A stretch of DNA of 28,609 nucleotides from positions 1-28,609 of the IMG/VR virus record IMGVR_UViG_3300027975_000012. One strand, written 5' to 3'. Within the stretch, counting starts at the first letter, position 1, and every line of letters begins with the position of its first letter. The position numbers and the translations under genes were made by a program. Below the pieces are notes generated by a model. The model was not told the DNA's origin, ran no database searches, and was given only the letters and a program-made list of their open reading frames with translations. The DNA comes from a virus. Taxonomy: Duplodnaviria; Caudoviricetes. Shown here piece after piece: positions 14,330 through 23,513 of the stretch.

Positions 14330-15753
14330 TGGATATAATATATAAAGCCTCCAAGACCCTTAGAAAGTTCCACAAAGATAATAACTTTGTAAGAACAGTT
14401 ATAGGGCCCATTGGTAGCGGAAAGTCCGTTGGTTGTATTGCAGATTTACTTATGAGAGCCCATGCGCAGAAGCCCAATGCTGAAGGTATTAGGCAGACGC
14501 GTTGGGTGATTATACGGAACACGTACCGTGAGTTGTTTGATACCACGCTAGTTACGTTCCACGAATGGATTCCCGCGGATAGCGGGGAGTTCTCAATGAA
14601 GAACATGAAGTTCACTCTCGAGTATAAGATGGAGGACGGTACTACGCTCCATGCGGAGTTTCTGTTCAGGGCTTTAGATCGACCCAATGATGTTAAGAAG
14701 TTATTATCATTGGAGGTAACAGGCGGGTTTATTAATGAGTGCCGCGAGATACCGAGAGCCGTAGTGGATATGCTCCAAGGTCGTTGTGGTAGGTACCCCA
14801 AAACTATATTGGACCCAGAGACAGACGAAGTCATATCAGAGCCCACTTGGTTTGGTATCATAATGGATACTAACCCGCCAGATTCTGATAGTTGGTACTA
14901 CAAGTTGTTTGAAGTTAACTTGCCTAAGAACCACAGCATATACCACCAGCCTAGTGGGTTGAGTGAAGAAGCAGAGAATATTAAGTACTTGCCGAAAAGC
15001 TATTATACTAATATGATGCAAGGCAAGGACAAAGAGTGGATTGACGTTTACGTCCATGGAATTTATGGGTTTACATCAGATGGTAAGCCAGTATTCCCTG
15101 AATATAAGGACCATGCTCATTCAACACAAGAGCGCTATGAGCCAGACCCTAAGAGGACCCTGTACATTGGGATTGACTTTGGACTGACCCCTGCTGCAAT
15201 ATTTGGGCAGATTACAGCAAGTGGTCAATTTGTTTTGTTTGATGAGTTATGCACCTTTGATATGGGTGCGGTATCTTTTGGTAAGTTGCTAAAAGAGAAG
15301 TTGAATTCAAAGTACATAAACTTTAAGGATATTGAGGTCTACGCAGACCCTGCTGGAGAGCAACGGGCTCAAACAGATGAAGTGACCCCGTTCCTAATCC
15401 TGCAGAACCAAGGGATTAATGCGGTTCCTGCATATACAAATGACTTCACAATACGAAGGGAAGTTATTGCAGAGTATATGATGCGGTTGGACTTTAATGG
15501 TATGCCAGCCCTACAAGTTACCCCTGGCGCACCGACATTGCGAAAAGGGTTTGCTGGTGGATATAAGTATAAGAAGATGCAGGTTTCTGGTCAAGAACGT
15601 TACCAAGAGAAACCAGATAAAGGCAAGTATTCACATGCCTGTGATGCTTGCCAGTATTTATTTTTAGGAGCAGTTGGTGGTGGTAGAGTTATCGGAGGTT
15701 TTGATAACACTAAGCCAATTGATTACTCTAAACAAAACGCAAGTTACAGATAG
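14329..15753 (+). CDS. terL: Terminase large subunit
   Basis: GPIGSGKS Walker A, GFINE Walker B, DTNPP, nuclease motifs IGIDFG and SHACDACQY. Confidence 0.95.
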   Translation: MDIIYKASKTLRKFHKDNNFVRTVIGPIGSGKSVGCIADLLMRAHAQKPNAEGIRQTRWVIIRNTYRELFDTTLVTFHEWIPADSGEFSMKNMKFTLEYKMEDGTTLHAEFLFRALDRPNDVKKLLSLEVTGGFINECREIPRAVVDMLQGRCGRYPKTILDPETDEVISEPTWFGIIMDTNPPDSDSWYYKLFEVNLPKNHSIYHQPSGLSEEAENIKYLPKSYYTNMMQGKDKEWIDVYVHGIYGFTSDGKPVFPEYKDHAHSTQERYEPDPKRTLYIGIDFGLTPAAIFGQITASGQFVLFDELCTFDMGAVSFGKLLKEKLNSKYINFKDIEVYADPAGEQRAQTDEVTPFLILQNQGINAVPAYTNDFTIRREVIAEYMMRLDFNGMPALQVTPGAPTLRKGFAGGYKYKKMQVSGQERYQEKPDKGKYSHACDACQYLFLGAVGGGRVIGGFDNTKPIDYSKQNASYR

Positions 15754-15839
15754 AATTGCTAAAGTAGTGAGACACAGAAGCATACGAACCCTAGGGTTGC
15801 CGGATAACGTAACCGAGCACTAATTTTTGAGGACAAAGG

Positions 15840-16547
15840 ATGAGCCAGGCGCTTTATGATGCATTAAACGGCATGAGCCCAGAAGAGTTGTGGGCCCGCT
15901 ATAAACAATACCCTTGGAAAAATAACCAAGGTAAATTAGTTATGCAAGGTGAGCCAGATCAGTATCGTGGCCCAGGGCTGCCTAATGGTGTCAAAGCAGC
16001 TAAGCTGCCCAGTCATGTTATGGGTGTAACACTAATCAAACCTCCGCGTACTAATAAATATACAGGTATACTGCTAAATAATACCTTAGATATAAGCTCA
16101 TTAGTAAAAGCTCTTAATCATGAAAAGCAGCATGAAAAACAAATTGATACTAATTTACCTCTAGGGCCAATAGTAGACCTTAAACAAAAAACAAATAGAC
16201 TGGGCTATACAGATAATTTTGGTGAAGAACAAGCCAGGATGGCTGGCAACAGAAGCGCGCTATCAGATGTATATAAGAGTGTAGTTCATCCATATTCACA
16301 AATGTATCCAGATGAGGGTGGTGACTTTAGGGCATACGATATTGAAAATAGATTAGGCTCTAAAGCGCAAGCATATACTAGTCTAATAGCCCAACTAGCA
16401 AAATATGGAAATGGCGTTAGGATGCAAGATTCACAAGAAGCAGTATCAAACCAAATGCAAGATCGTGGTTTAACAATAGAAGAAGTATTGGATCAACTAA
16501 GAAAAAGATACATTCCACCATTTTTATCACCAGGGCTACAAGAGTAA
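15840..16547 (+). CDS. Second, shorter LPD23-like HExxH protein
   Basis: LWARYKQYPWKNNQG...GEPD, LNHEKQHEKQ, GEEQARM. Confidence 0.7.
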   Translation: MSQALYDALNGMSPEELWARYKQYPWKNNQGKLVMQGEPDQYRGPGLPNGVKAAKLPSHVMGVTLIKPPRTNKYTGILLNNTLDISSLVKALNHEKQHEKQIDTNLPLGPIVDLKQKTNRLGYTDNFGEEQARMAGNRSALSDVYKSVVHPYSQMYPDEGGDFRAYDIENRLGSKAQAYTSLIAQLAKYGNGVRMQDSQEAVSNQMQDRGLTIEEVLDQLRKRYIPPFLSPGLQE

Positions 16548-18697
16548 TGGCAAAAACACCAAAATTAACTAACGATGATATTCTTGACATCGTAAACGCT
16601 GAGTTAGAGAATGCTCCAGTTAACAACAACTTGGAGACTCCACTGGCGTATTATCTTGGTGAGCCCAACGGTACTGAAGTTGAAGGCAAATCATCTTTAA
16701 TGTCTTTAGACGTTGCAGATGCTATTGAGTGGATTATGCCACAAATAATGAAGTCATTCACTCAAACGAACGAAATCGTTATCTTTGACCCATGCGGTCC
16801 AGAGGATGAAAGACAAGCTGAACTAGAATCAGAGTACGTTTACAATATTCTGATGAAGAAAAACCCAGGTTTCATATTGGTCCACCAGTTTGTTAAGGAT
16901 GCGCTATTACAGCGTAATGGAATTCTTAAGTGTTACTATGAGTCTCATGACCAGGTAACTAAAGAAGAGTATACCGGTTTAACAGAACAGCAATTACAAA
17001 TGCTGTTGTCTGATAAGACCGTTGAACTCTTGTCTATGGAACAAATAATAGACATAGACCCAATGCTTGGTCAGCAAATACTGTTTAATGTTAAGATTCA
17101 GATAACAGTAAAGAAACCAAAAATCCGCGTCCTACCTGTACCTCCAGAAGAGTTCAGGGTTAACTCAAGTCATAACTCAATTGACTTAACAGATGCTAGG
17201 TTTACTGCGCATGTAACAAACAAAACTCTTTCACAATTGCGTGAGGAGGGCGTTTCTGAAGGCATACTTGACGAGCTAAGTACAGGATTTAACAACCAGT
17301 CCAATTATCGTTTCCAATTGCAAGGTGAAAATTCGACTGTTAATGAAGGTTGGACTAAAGCCAATGATGCAATGCGTTTAATACAAGTAGTGGAATGCTA
17401 TTTGTACATTGACATTGATGGCGATGGTATCGCAGAGTATGTCAAAGTAACCTGCGCAGGTAATGAAACATTTGATACGTTCATCTCAATGGAGGAGATG
17501 ACAGAAAGTCCATGGATTAGCGCCACAGCTATTTTGATGTCACATAAATTTCAAGGTTTATCAATCTTTGATAGACTGAAAGAAATTCAAGATAACAAAA
17601 CCGCATTGATACGCAATATTCAAGATAATATATACTTGCAAAATAACCAACGTATGGGTGTTTTGACAGGTCAAGTTAACATGGATGACATATTGGTATC
17701 TCGACCAGGCGGCGTAGTTAGAATGTCCAGGCCTGATGCGCTATTCCCAATCATCACGCCTAAGATTGGTATGGAATCATTCGAATTCATGCGTTACCTT
17801 GATGAAGTGCGTGCAGGACGTTCTGGAGTATCTGCTGAAGGTAGCGCAACACCACAAAACATTGGCGATCGTGTAGGTTCTCAAGGTGTAGAGCGACTAA
17901 TGACTGCCAAAGAAGAATTGGTAGGCTTAATAGTTCGCGTATTTGCAGAAACGGGGATTAAACCCCTTTGCTTAAAGATTAGAGATTTAGCGAGGCGTCA
18001 TGTCGATACCATTGAGAATTTCAAATTTAGGGGTGAATGGGTACAAATCAATCCTGCTCAGTGGAATGAGCGTTCTGAATCAACTGTTCGTGTTGGTACT
18101 GGCTCTGGAGATACTACAGCCAAACTAGCAGCAATCAACCAAGTTATTCAAATGCAAACCCAAGCACTACAAATGCCAGGGCAAGCAATAGTTGACCCAA
18201 CCAAAGTATACTCAGCATTAAATGATTTTTGTAAGTTCTCTGGTCTTAATGGTGCTGATAAGTATTTTATTGACCCGACTAGCGATTCAGGTAAGCAGAA
18301 GCAACTGCAATCAGACCAACAAATGCAGGCTGAGAAGCAGAAAGCAGATCAGCAGCAACAAGCAATGATTCAAATGCAAGTACAACTGGCTCAAGCAGAA
18401 ATGCTTAAAGCTCAAGTTGCACAAGAAAACGTTAAGTTGAAGGGCCAAACTGAACTTGCTAAACATCAGCGTGAAATGGACAAACAAACATACGAAGCTC
18501 AATTGGCCCAGCTTGAGTCACAGATTAAGATCGTCCAACAAGTTGCTAACGGCCAAGAGAAAGACGACCGATTGGAGTTTGATTACCAAAAATTGGCATC
18601 TGATTTAGCGTTGAGAATAACTGAATTAGAAGCACAATATAAGCAGCAACAATTGGAAATGAGTTATCAGGAAAATAAAGGGGCAACTGAGGAATGA
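16547..18697 (+). CDS. Portal protein (P22/SU10-type with long C-terminal coiled coil)
   Basis: YYLGEP.G.EVEGKS...DVADAIEWIMP, KDALLQRNG, VPPEEF, RPGGVVR, Gln-rich tail; position after terL. Confidence 0.92.
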   Translation: MAKTPKLTNDDILDIVNAELENAPVNNNLETPLAYYLGEPNGTEVEGKSSLMSLDVADAIEWIMPQIMKSFTQTNEIVIFDPCGPEDERQAELESEYVYNILMKKNPGFILVHQFVKDALLQRNGILKCYYESHDQVTKEEYTGLTEQQLQMLLSDKTVELLSMEQIIDIDPMLGQQILFNVKIQITVKKPKIRVLPVPPEEFRVNSSHNSIDLTDARFTAHVTNKTLSQLREEGVSEGILDELSTGFNNQSNYRFQLQGENSTVNEGWTKANDAMRLIQVVECYLYIDIDGDGIAEYVKVTCAGNETFDTFISMEEMTESPWISATAILMSHKFQGLSIFDRLKEIQDNKTALIRNIQDNIYLQNNQRMGVLTGQVNMDDILVSRPGGVVRMSRPDALFPIITPKIGMESFEFMRYLDEVRAGRSGVSAEGSATPQNIGDRVGSQGVERLMTAKEELVGLIVRVFAETGIKPLCLKIRDLARRHVDTIENFKFRGEWVQINPAQWNERSESTVRVGTGSGDTTAKLAAINQVIQMQTQALQMPGQAIVDPTKVYSALNDFCKFSGLNGADKYFIDPTSDSGKQKQLQSDQQMQAEKQKADQQQQAMIQMQVQLAQAEMLKAQVAQENVKLKGQTELAKHQREMDKQTYEAQLAQLESQIKIVQQVANGQEKDDRLEFDYQKLASDLALRITELEAQYKQQQLEMSYQENKGATEE

Positions 18698-18855
18698 CTT
18701 TAACATTTAAAAATAGATTAAAATTGTGCTATGAGATTCTGACTAAAAGAAGTGGGCACAAGCAACCTGCTGATAGTAAAAGTCTGTCTATATTCATAGA
18801 AGGATACAAAGCTGGTATGAGAGATGCTAGCTATGCAAGGGGTAATACTAGATGA
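18694..18855 (+). CDS. Small hypothetical protein, 53 aa (not in track)
   Basis: MTLTFKNRLKLCYEILTKRSGH...; ATGA overlaps at both ends. Confidence 0.65.
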   Translation: MTLTFKNRLKLCYEILTKRSGHKQPADSKSLSIFIEGYKAGMRDASYARGNTR

Positions 18856-19109
18856 CAAATGAAGATCATAGAGACCAACTCATAAGAGAGTCTAAACTGG
18901 GTGAGCAAGCTAATATGGCTTGGATGCACTTCATGAAAAAGTACACGGAAGATAAGCAAAGAGAGCTATTCGATGAGTTCTTAAGCGTTGACATCAATAC
19001 ATGTCACTTCGTAAAGTTTAAACAACAAGCCTTGGACCAGATTGTTTCTGGTATCCTACTGGCTATTGAAACTGGCAAACTTGCTGATAAACAATTAGAG
19101 GAAAGATAA
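18852..19109 (+). CDS. Small helical head-module protein
   Basis: Lies between portal and scaffold; IETGKLA motif. Confidence 0.8.
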   Translation: MTNEDHRDQLIRESKLGEQANMAWMHFMKKYTEDKQRELFDEFLSVDINTCHFVKFKQQALDQIVSGILLAIETGKLADKQLEER

Positions 19110-19110
19110 A

Positions 19111-20238
19111 ATGGCTGATGAAACAACTAACTCTACCCAAGCGGCGAGCGTTGATAATTTAACACAAATGGCCCAGATTTTAATGGGCGAAGATGAAGCA
19201 CCTGCAAAACCCAAACCAAAAGCTGCAGCCAAGAAGCAAGATGACGAAGAGGGCTCCACCCAATCTAAGGCATCCAATGAAGAAGGCGAGGAAGAAGGCG
19301 AGGAAGAAGGCGAACTTGAGCTAAACCTTGATGGTGAAGATGATGGCGAAGAAGAAAATGAAGAAGACACCGATGCCGAAGAAGAAGAGCTGTCTTGGGG
19401 CAAGGTTCTTGGTATTGATGAATCTAAAATAGCATTATCTGATGATGGTGAAGTGCTTGGTATCAATGTTAAAATTGATGGTAAGATTGATACTGTACCA
19501 GTTAATGAGCTTATTGCCGGTTATCAAACCAACAAAAGTAATACGAACAAAGCCCAAGCCCTGGCAGCAGAGCGCAAGCAGTTCGAAGAAGCAAAACATT
19601 ATGTTGCAAAAGACTATCAAAAGAAGCTTGAAGACGCTCAAAAATTAACAGTGCACCTTGAAGGTAACTTGTTAAGAGAGTTCCAAGGCGTAGATTGGGA
19701 GCAATTGCGATATTCTAATCCTGCAGAATATGCAGCAATGGTACAAGATTTTCAGATGAGACAAGCTGAATTAGACCGTATCAAAAATGCTGTTTATGCT
19801 GAACAGTCTGAAGAGCAACAAAAGTTACAAGGGCAATCACAAGCCCAAATGAATGAGTACTTGCAAACACAGGTTGAAAAGGTTATAGAGAAAAATCCTA
19901 CTTGGGCAAAACCGGAAGTGTTTAAGAAAGCTCTAGGTGAATTTGAAGAATTCATTGAAGAAGCATATGGATTCTCAAAGGGTGACTTTGCGAACATCCA
20001 AGATGCTAGAATCTTTGAAGTACTGAAAGACGCTAAAGCTTATAGGGAAGGCAAAAAGATAGCTGATAAAAAGGTTAGTAAAGCTGTTCCTAAATTTCAA
20101 AAACCAACTGGTACGCCTGTTAGGAAAAAATCAAAACTTGAAATTTTAACACAACAGGCCAAAAATGCTAAAAACACCTCGGCCAAACGCGATTTGCAAA
20201 CTTCGGCAATCGCGGAACTTTTATTGAATGGTGGATAA
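19111..20238 (+). CDS. Capsid scaffolding protein
   Basis: Acidic N-terminus, VKIDG...ELIAGYQ, DWEQLRYSNPAEY, basic C-terminus; directly upstream of the capsid gene. Confidence 0.88.
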   Translation: MADETTNSTQAASVDNLTQMAQILMGEDEAPAKPKPKAAAKKQDDEEGSTQSKASNEEGEEEGEEEGELELNLDGEDDGEEENEEDTDAEEEELSWGKVLGIDESKIALSDDGEVLGINVKIDGKIDTVPVNELIAGYQTNKSNTNKAQALAAERKQFEEAKHYVAKDYQKKLEDAQKLTVHLEGNLLREFQGVDWEQLRYSNPAEYAAMVQDFQMRQAELDRIKNAVYAEQSEEQQKLQGQSQAQMNEYLQTQVEKVIEKNPTWAKPEVFKKALGEFEEFIEEAYGFSKGDFANIQDARIFEVLKDAKAYREGKKIADKKVSKAVPKFQKPTGTPVRKKSKLEILTQQAKNAKNTSAKRDLQTSAIAELLLNGG

Positions 20239-20240
20239 AA

Positions 20241-21260
20241 ATGAGTACCGCAAACCTGGATTCAGCTGACCTAAAAGCTGCACTTAAAGGCGGATTAATC
20301 CGCGAAGACGTGATGAACAAAATTTGGGACATTTCAAAAATCCCTTTACCTTTCACTGATATGATTGGGAGCGAAACGCATGATAATTCTTTCACTGAGT
20401 GGACGCTTGATGCGCTGGCGGCCGTTGATCTTACTAATGCTGTTGTTGACGGCTCTGATGCTTCCGGTAACAATACTGCGATCGGAACACGCGTGGGCAA
20501 TCGTTCACAGATTTCTGATAAAGTGGTACGTGTTTCTTTCCGAGCTGATCAGTCAAATGTTATTGGTCGTGCTAAAGAACTGGCGTATCAGTTATCAAGA
20601 CGCCAACAAGAGCTTCGTCGTGATGTTGAGGCTATTGCACTAAGCAACCAAGCTTCCGTAGCTGATGATGGTAATGCCACTGCTGGTAAAGTAGGTGGCC
20701 TTCCTTCCTGGTTGGAAACTACCCACATCAATGGTACTGCTGGTGGTTTCAATACATCAACTGGCTTGACAGTTGCTCGTACTTCAGTGGCTAAGTCTGC
20801 ATTGACTGAAACCAAACTGAAACTTGCTATTGAAACAATCTATAATGCTGGTGGCGACCCTACTATCTTGATGACCCGTCCAGCCGTTATCAGCCGTATC
20901 TCTGAGTATCTTTTCTCTTCATCTGCTCGTATTGCTACGATCACCAATGAGCTGGAAAGCAATGCCAAAGCTGCTACCGCTGTTGGTGCCGTCAATGTAT
21001 ATGTTTCCGACTTTGGTACGTTGAAATTCGTTCCGAATCGTCTACAACAATTGCACGACACTGACCGTAACGATGTCTTCATCCTTGACCCTGCCTATTT
21101 AGCCTTGTCTTACATGGGTGGTTACAGAACTGAAACGTTGGCCAAAACTGGTTTGGCTGAAAATCGTCAAATGTCTGTTGATTGGACGTTGAAGGTCTTC
21201 AATGAGAAAGCGCTCGGTATTATCGGTGATATCGATAGTGCTGCTGCGATGACGTACTAA
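20241..21260 (+). CDS. Major capsid protein (DUF5309/SU10 type)
   Basis: REDVMNKIWDIS...PF, EWTLDAL, NRSQISDK, ELRRDVE, YVSDFG, LAKTG. Confidence 0.93.
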   Translation: MSTANLDSADLKAALKGGLIREDVMNKIWDISKIPLPFTDMIGSETHDNSFTEWTLDALAAVDLTNAVVDGSDASGNNTAIGTRVGNRSQISDKVVRVSFRADQSNVIGRAKELAYQLSRRQQELRRDVEAIALSNQASVADDGNATAGKVGGLPSWLETTHINGTAGGFNTSTGLTVARTSVAKSALTETKLKLAIETIYNAGGDPTILMTRPAVISRISEYLFSSSARIATITNELESNAKAATAVGAVNVYVSDFGTLKFVPNRLQQLHDTDRNDVFILDPAYLALSYMGGYRTETLAKTGLAENRQMSVDWTLKVFNEKALGIIGDIDSAAAMTY

Positions 21261-21300
21261 ACCAAACGATTTTTCCTAGTCCTTAGAATCGTTGAGTTTC

Positions 21301-21333
21301 CTGCCCGGTTAGACCCCTTTCCGGGCAGTTTTT
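21301..21333 (+). terminator. Rho-independent terminator after capsid gene
   Basis: CTGCCCGG-12 nt-CCGGGCAG-TTTTT. Confidence 0.8.
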
Positions 21334-21349
21334 AACATTGGAGAATATC

Positions 21350-21607
21350 ATGGGTGCAACAAAGAAAGTTATAACAGATGTAGACGCAGATGCGAATAGA
21401 GCAGTATTAATGGAAAAAGCATTTGAAGCAGCGCAAGATGTAGAAGAAGAGGTAGCTATATCTGCAACTGATAAATTAACAGTGCTGAATACATCTGACC
21501 ATAATGTATGCCTCACAAGTGGCATTCTTGCCCCTGGTGATGAAGGCATTGCAACACGAGCAGAGCTAGGTACTCTTTGGCAATTTTTGGAACTTGCCGA
21601 GAAGTAA
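21350..21607 (+). CDS. Hypothetical protein
   Basis: ATG 21350 after SD TGGAG. Confidence 0.75.
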   Translation: MGATKKVITDVDADANRAVLMEKAFEAAQDVEEEVAISATDKLTVLNTSDHNVCLTSGILAPGDEGIATRAELGTLWQFLELAEK

Positions 21608-21609
21608 CG

Positions 21610-22095
21610 ATGCACAGTAAGAACTTGCTAGCTTTTCTAGACATGGTAGGTAAAAGTGAAGGCACTTCGAATAGTTCTCATACTCTTAATCATGGTTACG
21701 ATATCATTGTTACTGGTATTAGCGGTAAACCTGAGAGATTTACAGATTATTCAGACCATCCATTCGCTCGTGGTAGAAAAGCGAAGCAGATCAACAACCA
21801 CGGATTGTACTCAACCGCGTCAGGGAAATACCAGATTTTATTTAGGTTTTGGCCGTACTACAAAAGGACATTGAGGTTAAAAGACTTTAGCCCTGAATCT
21901 CAGGATAAAGTAGCAGTACAGCTAATAAAAGAATGCGGCGCTATCGGTGATGTAGAAGAAGGCCGATTAGAAAAGGCCATAGCTAAGTGTGCCAGGATAT
22001 GGGCCAGTTTACCAGGCAATACTTACGGTCAACGTACCCACAAATTTGAAACATTATTAGCATTTTATAAAGAATCAGGTGGAACATATGGTTGA
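21610..22095 (+). CDS. R: Endolysin, lambda R-type lytic transglycosylase
   Basis: AFLDM..SEGT, DYSDHP, STASGKYQ, DFSPESQD, IWASLPG..YGQ. Confidence 0.93.
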   Translation: MHSKNLLAFLDMVGKSEGTSNSSHTLNHGYDIIVTGISGKPERFTDYSDHPFARGRKAKQINNHGLYSTASGKYQILFRFWPYYKRTLRLKDFSPESQDKVAVQLIKECGAIGDVEEGRLEKAIAKCARIWASLPGNTYGQRTHKFETLLAFYKESGGTYG

Positions 22096-22411
22096 TGAAG
22101 TTTTCAGATCGGAATTTGACACCCATTGTACTGAGATAGCCCACAAACTTACTCAACCCACTGAAGACCTTATTCTAGCTCGTAATGCAAGATTAAGACA
22201 AAACCCTGGTGTCATCCGCGACCTAGGTCAAGGTGGTGAAGGCGGTACATGGGGTCGCCAGGTAGCATCAATCCCAATGATTGTTTATGATCGTGCCATC
22301 CGTGACGGCTATGATTTAAATAACTTGGATTCTGAAATTGCAGGTAGAGAAATGCATAGGTTCTTACAGAGCCCTATGGGTAAAGCCTGCTTAGTTCAAG
22401 ATAAACACTAA
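22088..22411 (+). CDS. Hypothetical protein of the head module
   Basis: VASIPMIVY motif; SD GGTGG; overlaps the endolysin stop. Confidence 0.75.
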   Translation: MVDEVFRSEFDTHCTEIAHKLTQPTEDLILARNARLRQNPGVIRDLGQGGEGGTWGRQVASIPMIVYDRAIRDGYDLNNLDSEIAGREMHRFLQSPMGKACLVQDKH

Positions 22412-22417
22412 TTTCAC

Positions 22418-22585
22418 ATGATTGATTTTAAACTTACACAAAATTCAAGTAAAAGAGCTGCTGTTTGGGGCTTAGTTGCTATAGTAGGGATTCCAGCTTA
22501 CTGGATGGGCAAGGACGTAACAGGACTAATTTTATTAGGCACAGCTATTACAGCTGGCCTTGGTATTCAAAAAACAGATAGTTGA
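22418..22585 (+). CDS. Putative class II holin, 55 aa with 2 TM (not in track)
   Basis: MIDFKLTQNSSKR-AAVWGLVAIVGIPAYWMG-KD-VTGLILLGTAITAGLGI-QKTDS. Confidence 0.6.
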   Translation: MIDFKLTQNSSKRAAVWGLVAIVGIPAYWMGKDVTGLILLGTAITAGLGIQKTDS

Positions 22586-22594
22586 GGTATCGTC

Positions 22595-22825
22595 ATGCCA
22601 GGTAAAGTTATAGCAGGAACAGCAGTTAATCCAACCTTCAGAAGCTCTAAAGCATATGCTGAAGGTCGTGAAGCTTCAAAGGCCAGCGCTGCTCAAAACA
22701 CAAATCCACATGCAAACCCTAGTCCAGCATACACTGCTTGGGATGCTGGTTGGCTTTCTTATGTTGCAGGTGGTACTACTACACTGGCAGTTGACAACTG
22801 TGCTACTCGTGGGTTAACAGCATAA
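22595..22825 (+). CDS. Small protein with Rmf/CrpP-like motif
   Basis: AYAEGREA...NPH...AWDAGW. Confidence 0.65.
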   Translation: MPGKVIAGTAVNPTFRSSKAYAEGREASKASAAQNTNPHANPSPAYTAWDAGWLSYVAGGTTTLAVDNCATRGLTA

Positions 22826-23502
22826 TGAAAAGCGTATTTACACATAGAAACCAAGCACCCGCTGGCGTCGTTGATACAACATTAGTTTTGCCAAAGACGC
22901 AAAACACTGGTATAAAAGTAGACACCTCTGTACCAACATACCCTTGGGTCGATTTACTTGGGACAGTTGCGCCTAGAGCATCCGCTCCTAATCAGGCCAC
23001 TCTTGAAATATTTAGGGGTGGTCAAGTTAGGAACTGGGCATTCGCAGCTGGTGATAGAAGTGATAATGTATTTCATATACCACATGATTACGTTATGGGT
23101 TCCGATCTATTCATTCATGCACACTGGGCCCACAATGGAACCGCAATAAGTGGCAATGCAGTAATGAACTTTTATTGTTCTTATGCAAAAGGACATAATC
23201 AAGCGGATTTTACTGCTGAAAAGAATACAACCATTACTTATAACACAACGAATATTGCAACGACACCTAGGTATAGGCATCGAATTGATGAAGTTGCTAT
23301 TACTAGTACTGGTGGTTCTGCGACGCTTATTGACAACGCTTTGATTGAAGTTGATGGTTTGTTACTAGTAAATTTTGATTTTACTACAATACCTACAATA
23401 ACAGGTGGCTCGCCAAATTCACCTTTTGTTTTTGCAATAGACATTCATTATCAATCAACAGGTATTGGCACTAAACAAAAAGCTCCACCATTCTGGACAT
23501 AG
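22825..23502 (+). CDS. Putative virion structural protein (beta-sandwich)
   Basis: Thr/Gly beta-rich, FHIPHDY..GSDLFIHAHW; late operon. Confidence 0.7.
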   Translation: MKSVFTHRNQAPAGVVDTTLVLPKTQNTGIKVDTSVPTYPWVDLLGTVAPRASAPNQATLEIFRGGQVRNWAFAAGDRSDNVFHIPHDYVMGSDLFIHAHWAHNGTAISGNAVMNFYCSYAKGHNQADFTAEKNTTITYNTTNIATTPRYRHRIDEVAITSTGGSATLIDNALIEVDGLLLVNFDFTTIPTITGGSPNSPFVFAIDIHYQSTGIGTKQKAPPFWT

Positions 23503-23513
23503 TAGGTATTAAA

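Noticed and set aside
15754-15825. tRNA gene
   Set aside because: No convincing cloverleaf, TTC T-loop or 7-bp acceptor stem.
19279-19313. GAAGAAGGCGAG triple repeat
   Set aside because: Ordinary low-complexity acidic linker in the scaffold protein.
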